Source of the DNA: Histomonas meleagridis 2922-C6/04-290x
Taxonomy: Eukaryota; Protista; Parabasalia
Assembly (NCBI GenBank): GCA_020184695.1
Contig: JAANOX010000051.1
Location: forward strand, 1 to 39,674
DNA: 39,674 nucleotides
Reading direction: 5' to 3'
Of this stretch, positions 24,967 through 35,697 are shown piece by piece. The notes beneath the pieces were generated by a model. The model was not told the origin of the DNA and did not search any database. It saw only the letters and a program-made list of their open reading frames with translations. Made by a program: the position numbers and the translations under genes. How positions within the stretch are numbered: position 1 is the stretch's first letter; each line of letters starts with the position of its first letter.

Positions 24967-27397
24967 TAGCATAAGTAATTTATTGATAGAAACTATTAAC
25001 GGCTATTCTACAGAAGATTTTGCTTTGAAGAACCATACTCATGATGATAGATATTCATTAATAAACCATTCACACGAAATAATTGATAACGATTTACTTG
25101 TTAACGGCTCTTTAGTAGCAAGTAGTTATAACGGATATTATATTGGTAACAATATTGGCGGTGGATCTAATGCAACAATAACGATACCTTGTATAGTTAT
25201 CATTAAAAGTGATGGTGTTATGGAAGTAGGAGAATATATTGATTTTCATAATAGTAATGATTATAATAAAGATAATACTTGGAGAATTAGAGCTTTAACT
25301 GATACACTGAGTTTTCGAGCAAAAGGTGGTTCTACAATGAGTTTTAGTGATAATGGTAATATAACAGCAAATAGTATTAATAACATATCTGTCAATAACT
25401 TTTCTTTAACAACACATAACCATGATGATAGATATTCATTAATAGATCATATACATGATGATTATTTAACAATTGCTAATTTAGATAATATTAATAATAA
25501 ATTAACTGGTATTACTTATAATGAAGATTATATAGAAACAATTATTAATGAAAACGAAGAGGAAGATGATATCTATGAAATATATACTAATATTAATCAA
25601 GATTTAATAGTTAATGGTAATGTTACTTGTAATACAGTTAATAATATACCTGTTGATAACTTTTCTTTAAATAATCATACTCATTACAATACTACTGGTA
25701 TTTATTATAACGAAGATTATATAGAAACAATTGTTAATGATAATAACGAAGAGGAGGATATTTATGAAAAATACACATTAATTAATCAAAATCTTATTAT
25801 CAATGGTAAAATTAATGAAATTGATACTAATAATATAGCTCTCATAGAAGATGGTATTTTAACTATATTTGATGTAATATTATCTGAGAATGGTGTTAAT
25901 ATATCAACTTATGATAATACTACAGAAGATGGTATCACAGGAAACAATATATTAATTAATTTTTCTAATGGTAATAGTATCATGTAAGAAGATAGTGGAC
26001 ATACTTATGGGATAGTTAATGTTGATGGAGTATTAACTTCTGAATACTATTTAACAAAACAAATGATTATAGATGATGATGAAATACAAGAACTATTGAC
26101 AGGAGCTCCTGGTGAAGATGGTGAAGGATATAAGGAGAATTGGCTAGAGTATTTATTAGACGCGTTTTCAGTAGCTATGTCATTAGCAGAGTTTGCTGAA
26201 CTTGCCGCTAAAGTATATTACAGTATCGAAAATAGTTCCTGGGCAATGTCGTTAATAAGTAGATTGAAAAATGTATTTACTGGAGAAAGAGGTTATATAC
26301 CAATTCCAATTGTAAGAAGCGTTGTTTTTGATAAATATGATATATCAACAGATGAGAATTTAGATAATTTAGAAGGCCCAGATGACACTGATATCGATAA
26401 TAGTTTTAATGAATATAATTATTTAATAAATCTGTTTCCTGAAATGGATGTAATTTTAAAAAATTCGAAGTATAATTATAAAGATGTGTCTAAATAACAG
26501 AGAACTAATAAATTAGGTATGCTATTAGTTGGTTGTCAAATATATAGAAGATTTATTAATCATACTCATGAATATTACTTAATAAGTTCTGATTTAAATA
26601 ATTATACTGGTATTACTTATCATAATAATTTAATTGATACTATTATTAATGAAGAAGAGGAAGAGGATGTTTATGAAATATATACTAATATTAACCAAGA
26701 TTGAAAAGTTAATGATGATATAAAATGTAATAATATTAATAGTATTGATTTAGATGAATTATCTGTTATTAGTAATTATATATCTAACATAAATAATAAA
26801 TTAACTGGTATTAGTTATAATAAGGAGAATATAGATACTACTGAGGAAGAAGATATTTACGAAATATATATTAATATAAATTAAGATTTAAAAGTGAATG
26901 GTAATATAGAAGTTGATACTGTTAATAATATACCTGTTGATAACTTTTTTTTAACAACTCATACTCATGATCAATATTTAATTAATGATAATCTAAACGA
27001 TATAAATAAGGCTTTGACAGATATATCATATAATGAATATGGTGATTGGATCAAGATTGAACAAGATTTATTAGTAGGTAATGATATTTCATGTGAAATT
27101 TTAACAGCAAGATGTAATATCAATATTGATTGTAGTAAATATTCAGACGATACAAATATTTATAAAGGATTGTTTATTCATAGAACTAATGCAGTGCCGA
27201 GTGATTCTATCAGAATGGAAATAGGCGTATTACCTTATGGAGATGATTGTAGCGTAATAGAACATTACGTAGGTTCTGATGATAATATTGATACTTGTTT
27301 AAGATTCAAAGTTTGTGATGGTAATTATGTAAGTATATTTATAAACGGTAATATTAGTTGTAATAGCATTTATGGCATTGACACTGATAAAATTTTT

Positions 27398-27572
27398 TTA
27401 TTAACACATAACCATGATGATAAATATTCATTAATAGATCATGCTCATAGTGAATAAACTTTAACAACACATAACCATGATGATAAATATTCATTAATAA
27501 ATCATACTCATAGTGAATGTTCTTTAACAACACATAACCATGATGATAAATATTCTTTATTAAATCATACTC
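27398..27572 (+). repeat. 63-bp coding tandem repeat (3 copies) in fibre gene
   Basis: Unit encodes LTTHNHDDKYSLI(D/N)H(A/T)HSExx. Copies start at 27398, 27461 and 27524. Confidence 0.9.
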
Positions 27573-29002
27573 ACAACACTATTGCTAATAATTTAACTGT
27601 TAACGGTAATATTCGATGTAATACTATTAATAATATTGTCACTGATAACTTTGCACTAAGCAATCATACAGAATTTAATAATAATTAATTGTTAACGATA
27701 ATATAAATTGTAATTATATTAATAATATAGATGTTGATAACTTTTGTCTAATATATCATACTCATAATACTATTAATAACGATTTAAAAATATATGGTAA
27801 TCTAGAAGTAAAGTATATTAATGATATACCTGTTGATAATTTTTCTTTAAATAATCATATTCATACAGAATTTAATAATGATATTACTACTATTAATGGT
27901 AAAATTAACAATTATTATATTAATAACGGTTCTTCAGCAGGAAATTATTTAAACACTTTACCTTGTATAGCTACTATTAAAAGTGATGGTGTTATGGAAG
28001 TTGGACAGTATATTGATTTTCATGATAGTAATGATGATAGTGATTATAGTTGGAGAATAAGAACTTCTGGTAATACTATGTATTTTGGTAAACTTAGTAA
28101 TAATGATGGTAATATTAGTTTTAATGTAAATAATGGTAATATAAATTGTAATTCTATTAATAATATTAATGTAAGTTATTTTTCAGTAAATGGTCATACT
28201 CATAGTTATAATGATATTACTGATAGACCATCAACTTTTACACCTAGTTCTTATACTCATGAACCAAATGATATAGTTCCTTATCAAAATGCTGTATTAA
28301 GAACTGGTAGATTTGTAGATTTCGTATATCATGATCAATCAACAGCAGCACCAGGAACATATACTTGGCGGATAGCTTCTTATCAAAATGAATTAGGATT
28401 TTGGCACTATTCTGATAGTCAGTATAGAGTAGCAATAATATCAAGCAGTGGAAGTGGACAAATGAATAAAACAATAACTAATAATAGCCCTATTTCTGAA
28501 AATGATAATATTAATAATATTATTGTTGGAAAACCAGTATTTATAACAGGTAATGTTCATAAATTAGTTAATGAAAATGGGACTTATAAATATATTTCTA
28601 CAACAGATTCTACTAACTGTATATCATCTGTTAAAAGTAGTGGTTTATATAAAGAGTTTATTGGTATTTGTGTTAATAAGCATCATTTAAATGAAATATT
28701 TCTAATAGGAGATACTATTAAACAAGATATAAGTATTAATCAAAATACTATAGATTTTGCTACTCATGGTGATTATTATTCTAAAGTTAATGATAGCAGT
28801 AAATATAATATTGATGATATAATACTATATGATGGAACTGTATTAAATGATAATACTATATTAACAACAAAAATAAACAGTATGATTATTGGTAAGATTA
28901 CAGCTGTAATAGATGATAATACAGTAGCTGTATTTGTAGGATAAATATCTTTATATAGTGTTTTTAATAAAATATATTTTTTTTTCTGTATAAAATATAA
29001 GG

Positions 29003-29578
29003 ATGTATACCTTTGAATCATTCGAAGATATGCTAAAGAGATTATATCAAGGTGATAATATTCCTGTCATATCATATGATTATGAATATAATAAAGCTAA
29101 AAACCAAGATAAAATATTAATTACAGTTTTTAGTGTTTTTTTTGATGCAGTTGAAATAGTTATTGTAAATGATAAGCTTACTACTAATAAATCAGTTCAT
29201 AATATCAAACCATATCATACAAGAGAAGAACTCACTACATCTTATTTAGATAATAAGTTAGATATATTAAACGCTATATAACAGGTATATGAATATAAGT
29301 TTAAAGATCATTTAAAAAATTATTGACCTATTACTAATAAGACTAAGATGAAATATTTATAAAAATTAATAAATATAATGGTGTTATTAGTAACTAAATA
29401 TCCTGGCTTTAATTCACCTATGCATTATTTATATAATATAGCAAAAAGAATATGTGATGGAGACCTTGATAATAAATATTTATTACCTATTCGTTTTCAA
29501 AGATTGTTTGAAAATGATGATTACAATGATAATGATAATAAAGATTTACCAGCTAGTGCACAAGCATTATATACATAA
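29003..29578 (+). pseudogene. Unknown virus-element gene, three in-frame stops
   Basis: ORFs 29003-29281 and 29378-29578 share a frame and are linked through TAA/TGA/TAA (~191 codons). No family recognised. Confidence 0.5.
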
Positions 29579-29646
29579 AGTCTGAATATATGTATCTTTG
29601 TATAAGCATACTGTTACAATGATTTAAGCTATTTTTATAGTGTTTT

Positions 29647-32601
29647 TGTATCCGGCACATGTGCCAGATTAAATTGGCATTTCAAAGCCCAGACCACAAA
29701 ATGAGATTTTTTGCTTTCTGCTTTCCGACCAAAATATCAATGAATTAGTGTGAATTTATAGTCTTTTTGATGTGTTTTTTTTCATGCTTCTGCTTTTTGC
29801 AGAATTTATCATTAAATTTTTGCTGCAAAACAAACAAAAATACCAGAGGTGTTATTCCATCTTTGAATTTTTAGATCTGTTTTTGAAAAATCGATTTTTA
29901 TATTTTGTATAAAAATAAGATGATGAGTCAAGGATTTGAAATTATCGATAATACACTAAACGAAATTATTATAGATGATAGCGATGAAATGCTTGTTTCT
30001 ACACCTAATTCTTCTAAAGAAAATGAAAATATGAATAAAATAAAATATGGTATTAATTTGGTTATCCAAATAATTGAGTCCCAAATGAAATTTCATTTGA
30101 AGATGTTGATGAATATGATTTTACAAAAGGTTTTAATGAATTTATTATAAAACAAGAATATGTACATCTATATTTTGATTTTGATAGTATTAAATCTAAT
30201 GAATGAATATAATAATGTTATCGATTGGCTAGATTCATTGAAACAAGTATTTGGTGAATATTCTATTGGTGGATATTGTAATAATAAGGATATGGATAAA
30301 TATGGATTTAGATATATTGAAAATGATGACCATTATTTATCAATGCATGTTGTGTATTATGACACTTGTATTAATACATCAGAATTAATCGAAATAATGA
30401 AACATACTACTAAGAAAGGTTTTTACAAATACACTGTTACAAATTATGTGATCCAAATGTTTATAAATTAAATAAAAGACAAGTATTTAGACACGTTTTA
30501 TCTGATAAAATATTTAAAGAAAATGATGATAAAAATAAGATAAATCATGGGTATATAATTAATAATAAGAAGCCTTCTACACAAATAGTTCAAATAAGAG
30601 GTAATGAACCTATTATCAATAGATCTCAATGGAAAGATGTTTCTAACGAAATTATTAATAAAACACAACAATTAAAAGAAACCAGATTAATTAAAAAAGA
30701 AAATAAGTCAAATGCTACAAAAATAAATGATGTTTAGTTAAATGATGTTTTAATTAAATTTGGTAATGATGAGATGCAAGAATTTTTGAATAATTTCTCA
30801 CCTAAGTTTGATACATATATGTCAACATTATCACCGTTATATCATCCTCCTTATAATAAAGATTTTTTAAGAGGAAACTTAATAAAATGGTATTCTAAGG
30901 GAGAACATAAACACAATGTAGAAACATCAATAGATAATATATTAAATAATTATTATAAATAAGAGTATAATGATACGTGGTTTTTCTCATTAGTTAAACA
31001 TTCGCCAGAAAGCATTAAAATTGAGTATCTCAATAAATATACTAATTCTATTGATACAACTATAAATATTAATAACAGTAATTGGACTTTCGAAGAATTA
31101 ATTTCAAAAAGTTATTCTATAGATGATATTAGAAAATTATTAAATGACTTAAGAGGAGTTATAGGTTTTGTTGAAAAGAGTTTATATCAAGAAAATTAGG
31201 AATGAACAGATATATGTTAGAGAAACTTCTATAATATAGATCAGAGATAAATTATCTTTATATAAGGATTTAATAATGAAATCACATTATATCAAATAAT
31301 ATATAAATATTCTAAATATTTTATCTATCGAGAAGCAAAATTATATAAGGGTTATGATGAAAATATTATTAATATCTTTCAAGGATTTAAATATAATTAA
31401 ATCTGATAGTAATGATTTCACAGTATTAGAATTATTATTAAACCATATTAAAACTATTATTTGCAATAATAATGAGAAAAAATATGATTATCTCATGAAA
31501 TGGTGGGCAAATATATTTCAAAATATTACTGTTAAAAATTGAAGTATGCCTATAATTTATGGTGCTCAAGGGTCTGGGAAGTCATTTCCTGTAGAGGTAT
31601 TCTGTGAATTATGAGGGAATTTTTCATTAGCAAATGTTGATGATTTAGATAGAGTATTTGGTAAACTCAATGGTTTAATAGGTAGACATTTAGTTATTAA
31701 TATTAATGAACCGCCAGAAGCTACTGAAAAATTCAAATATTTAGGTAGAATCAAGGGTAAATTAACACAGAAAAAGACTGTTCAAGAAACTAAAGGAGTA
31801 GATCAGATAGAAATACATTCTTGGGCTAATTATTCAATGACAATTAATAATCCTAATCCTGTACAAGAAGAGAAAGGAGATAAAAGATTAATATATTATA
31901 AAACTAATAATAGCAAGTGTGGTGATGATGAATATTTTGATAATTCATGTAACCCAATACAACCTGTAAAACAAGGAACTTATAACAAAGAATACATGGA
32001 ATTATTATTACATTATATGTTAACACAAATAGATGTTAAAGATTTTAATTTCGAAAAATTAATTAGAGAAATTAATGCTGATACTAATACACAATATAAT
32101 ATACAATTAGAAAGACAATACTTAGATTTGAATCATGTAGATAGATATATTGTTGATAATAATAATAAATTTAAATATGGTATTGCATTAGATGATATAC
32201 ATGTAGATGGTTATAAATCAACTGGTTTAGCAAGGAAATTAAATGCAACTTGTGATACCAAACGTATTAGATCAAATCAATATCAAAAAATAATTGATGA
32301 ACAACCTGATTTATACTATAATTATATTAATGTATCAACCAATCAAGTTAGAAAATATGTGTCAAAACCAAGAGAACAGATACCTGATATAAGTGCTATT
32401 ATTGATTACAAGTTATATTCTGATAAGTTATTAGAGGATGAAGATGAAGATGATATACCAGTAAAATTATAAATTATATATTATATATATTATTGAGATT
32501 ATTTTTGTATATTATTTTTATGAAAAGCAGAAAGCAAAAAAACTCATTTTGGGGTCTGGGCTCTGGAATGCCAATTTTGTCTGGCACATGTGCCGGATAC
32601 A
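29647..32601. mobile_element. Inverted-repeat-bounded primase-helicase cassette
   Basis: 78-bp inverted repeats at 29647-29724 and 32524-32601 (6 mismatches), starting TGTATCCGGCACATGTGCCAG and ending ...GCCGGATACA. They enclose only the AEP-SF3 gene. No TSD seen. Confidence 0.6.
29920..32472 (+). pseudogene. AEP primase - SF3 (D5-like) helicase fusion
   Basis: AEP motifs HLYFDFD (30171), LSMHVVY (30340) and CDPNVYK (30447). Helicase: YDYLMKWWANIFQ, Walker A GAQGSGKS (31561), Walker B ININE, and GDKRL. Several frameshifts, plus TGA at 31540 and 31612. Confidence 0.85.
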
Positions 32602-33083
32602 TAACACAAAAGATTTCAACAAAATCACCGTTAAAAATAAAGGCTACGGGTTAACTATACAACAGCTAAATTCTAATATATACTGTTGTAGACGTAAAAG
32701 ATTCGGAATTATTCAATTTCCGTGTAAAGTATTCAAAAAGTGGAAATACAGCAGTTAAATGGTCGGGGGTTACGGATAAAGGAAAGTGGCAAAATAATAT
32801 GAATTTTTGCTGTTTACCAGATGGACAGAAAAGATTCGAAATTATTCAATTTTCGTAAATAAACTATTCAAAATAATTTAAATGTATATTTGGTTACTTT
32901 ATCGATGGCAAAAGTGTCAATGAATTTGATGTGTCTACCAGCTGGACAGAAAACATTCGAAATTATTCAATTTCGGTATAAAGTATTGAAAAATAAAAAT
33001 AAATCGAAATTCACATCAAAATTTTAATAAATAGAAAATATTTCAATATTAATAATAAATATATTCTACAATCATTTATAAAT

Positions 33084-34061
33084 ATGAAAGCTGGAAGAAA
33101 AGCAATGCAATTTGATTGGCTCATTCAAACTGCCGTTGACATCGAAAACGGAGTTATGACATTAATGGAAGCCTCCAAAAATGCCAAAATAGTACAAAAG
33201 GACAGGTCAGGGTTCACGCGCATAAGTACACAAATTGTTAGCCCAGGAGCTATTAAAAGAGGTTTCGAAAAACTGGGGCTAAAAGTCGATTTCCGAAGAG
33301 GAAGAAGAGAGACCGTTATCTTGGAGCAGTTTAGAGGAACGATACTATCGGTGCAAAAAGAATCGGGAATGGGAGCAACCAAAATTTATGGACAACTCGT
33401 TGCAAAAGCTCTAAATAACCAATTATTCAAAAAGATTACTCATAATATGGTATATAAGACCTTAAAGAGTAATTCTCTTTTGAAATATACAAAACCGAGT
33501 CAAGTTCCTCAAAAGCAACAATGCCGATACGATACCGATAACCCCGATTTAATATGGCACACGGACCTTCACCACTCTGGTGGTCAATATCTAATAGCAT
33601 TTATTGATGACTATTCAAGGTATATTTTTCATCATGAATTGATTCCAACAAAAGATTCCGACGTTCTTAAAACCGTTCTTGAAATCGCAATTCAATATCA
33701 TAACCGTCCATATTGTATATGGACCGATAATGGTACTGAATTTAAAAGTCATTTTAAATAATTTTGTGATACCAATGGGATAAAAATTGTTCTAACACAA
33801 GTGAAGAACCCCCAGCAAAACGGCAAGTGCGAACGGTTTTGGAGTACAGCGGATAACTGTACTACACCTGAAGAATTAAGAAATTGGGTAACGGTCTACA
33901 ACGATATGCCGCATATGGGTCTCCCTTAAATAACCGTCGAAGGAAGAAAAACCCACATGACTCCTATTCAGCGATACAATCAAGGAAATTACTACAACTC
34001 AACAATTCCCGCAATGTGGACTGTTGATGGTCAAACAAAATTATTCAACCCACCAAATTGA
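33084..34061 (+). pseudogene. IS481-like DDE (rve) transposase, two in-frame TAA stops
   Basis: CRYDTDNPDLIWHTDLH, FIDDYSR, IWTDNGTEF, then past TAA 33759 KNPQQNGKCERFW and YNDMPHMGL. Second TAA at 33927; ends at TGA 34059. Confidence 0.9.
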
Positions 34062-34138
34062 ATTCACCGGAAGGTTTAATTTTTTGTTTATGTTGACTGT
34101 TAATAAATTTTTTTTACAAATTGTTAAAAAAAATATGC

Positions 34139-34197
34139 GGTTTTGATCGTCATACATTGAAAAAGCAGAGCTTTTTCAATGCATGACGATCAAAACC
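34139..34197. terminator. 28-bp-stem hairpin downstream of the transposase
   Basis: GGTTTTGATCGTCATACATTGAAAAAGC-AGA-GCTTTTTCAATGCATGACGATCAAAACC, one mismatch. Terminator function is only inferred from position. Confidence 0.4.
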
Positions 34198-34441
34198 TTA
34201 CATTGTTTTATTATGAGTTTTTTTATTAAAGATATTCAATACTATATACCAGAATTGAATAATTTCGAATGTTTTCTGTCCATCTGATAAACAGCAAAGA
34301 AACAAAATTCAAATTGTATGCATATACAGCCAAACAAAGCCTTGTCAATTCAAATACGAGGTACCATTTACGTATTCAATTAGACTTTTTTAATATTTTA
34401 CACGGAAATTGAATAATTTTGAATGTTTTCCGTAAATAACA

Positions 34442-34831
34442 GTAATGCCGAATAATTTTCACCAGTTTATAATCATTATCATTAAACGCAGCATTAAGAG
34501 AATCGATCAAATAGATAATTACTTCGAATAAATTATTATGACTCATTATTTGAATACTAACTATAGTTTCTTTTTGTTCTTCATCTCCTTTATTTACAAT
34601 ACATTTAAATGCAATTACATGTGAAGTAGGAATGATTTCTAAACGTCTTATTCCAACTACTTTATTTTGACTAGGAGATTCTAACCAACGTTGTGGATAA
34701 CGGAATGTATAACCATTATTTATATTTACATTAGTTAGATTACTTTCATATTTTTCAATATCTAAATTAGTATGATTTTCTTCTATAGATAATTCTGATG
34801 CATGAGTAGTAAGTTGTTTTTCAGTTCTCAT
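34442..34831 (-). pseudogene. Putative minor capsid protein copy B, 3'-truncated by the IS481-like element
   Basis: Aligns with copy A over ~125 aa. The last codons of track ORF 34376-34831 are read through the TIR (IIQFPCK). Confidence 0.55.
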
Positions 34832-34848
34832 TTTAATTAGAATAAAAT

Positions 34849-35232
34849 ATGATTGAATCTAATAGAATTGAAACTATACTTAAATCTTTAATGAATAAAA
34901 ATAGTGTAGTATATTATAATCATAGTAAGACTTCCGATACTCTTTCTAATGGAATATGTTCATTAACGATTAATAGTGTAGATAAATCATTCATATGTAT
35001 TTACGTAAGAAATCATTTAATAATTAATTTTCTAGATTTCAGTATCAAAGGTCTTATTTTAATAAACGATATTTTAGTAAGTGATATTATTACAGGATCT
35101 AATATAATGAATAATGCTTATCTAAATCAAATGTTTAGTAATATTAATAATATATTAACTATATATGAAGAATTCATTAAAATCAATGAAGAAAATAATA
35201 ACGTTAGTATAAATGATTTGTTAGTTAATTAG
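34849..35232 (+). pseudogene. N-terminal fragment of fibre-like gene, copy B
   Basis: Clearly similar to 23713-24076 (NSVVY.NHSKT.DT.SNGICSLTI.S.DKSFI...ILVSDIITGSNIMNNAYL.QMFS). Similarity stops at VSINDLLVN. Confidence 0.75.
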
Positions 35233-35411
35233 GACCAAAGTTTTCTTCAACCAAGTTCATCGGATCATAATATCCCTTTGAACTATATAACCTAACTTCT
35301 TCTTCTCGTTGTCACTGTCTGCTGAACTGTTGCATTTATCAAAGTGAACTGATAAAACTGATTTAACACTATAACAAAAACTCAGTGTCAGAAAATGCTA
35401 TAGCATTGACT

Positions 35412-35473
35412 TTTTTGAAACTAATCTATACCAAATTGGACGCCTGGGATTTGGCATAGTTTAGTTTCAAAAA
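35412..35473. terminator. 25-bp-stem hairpin
   Basis: TTTTTGAAACTAATCTATACCAAAT-(12 nt)-ATTTGGCATAGTTTAGTTTCAAAAA, 2 mismatches, ~33 bp beyond the stop of the minus-strand gene at 35506. Confidence 0.4.
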
Positions 35474-35505
35474 TTCAAAACAATATATATATAAATAATA
35501 TTTTA

Positions 35506-35697
35506 TTATTTCTTTTGACCGACTAGTGCATTTGCTACACCATCTATAACAGGTGATAATTTATCTGCTATTTTAATTCCTTTTGCAATAGCACCTGCAT
35601 GACCAGGTAAATTTTCAATTCCAGGTATTTTACCTACTGTATTTACAACAGGTTTAGCTACTTTATTCCATACATTACCAATCAATCTACTATTAAT
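35506..35697 (-). pseudogene. 3' fragment of small amphipathic Gly/Ala/Lys-rich virion protein
   Basis: Not in the ORF track (no start codon): INSRLIGNVWNKVAKPVVNTVGKIPGIENLPGHAGAIAKGIKIADKLSPVIDGVANALVGQKK*. Its composition is clearly coding against an AT-rich background. Confidence 0.6.

Larger units (their letters stand above)
23713..28944 (+). pseudogene. Large virion fibre/spike-like protein (~1450 codons), interrupted by a MITE
   Basis: Starts MTLQQYEILE (paralogue of 34849-35232). Removing 24077-24968 restores the frame (NNNV|SISNLL). It continues through ORFs 24935, 26063, 26519, 26894 and 27994, with stops at 23767, 24037, 25985, 26495, 26702, 26882 and 27455 and one frameshift at ~27686. 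Contains HxH repeats (HNHDDRYSLIDHIH) and GVMEVG.YIDFH...DY.WRI motifs. Confidence 0.75.
32684..34441. mobile_element. IS481-like (IS481EU/Ginger-type) eukaryotic DNA transposon
   Basis: Imperfect TIRs 5'-TGTTGTAGACGTAAAAGATTCGGAATTATTCAATTTCCGTGTAAAG / ...GGAAATTGAATAATTTTGAATGTTTTCCGTAAATAACA-3' (TGT..ACA ends). A subterminal motif AAAA.ATTCG.AATTATTCAATT occurs 3x on the left and 2x inverted on the right. It encloses an rve-type transposase. Confidence 0.85.

Noticed and set aside
32549-32758. 69-aa ORF sharing IIQFPCK with the end of ORF 34376-34831
   Set aside because: The shared peptide arises from reading the two TIRs of the IS481-like element, not from a protein family.
33125-33382. 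Antisense ORF, also 31566-31754, 7949-8245, 14262-14483, 22919-23164, 28244-28474 and 28776-29021
   Set aside because: These are opposite-strand shadows of better-supported coding frames.
33084-34061. Treating the rve protein as the Maverick integrase
   Set aside because: It has its own TIRs and truncates a viral gene, so it behaves as an independent insertion.
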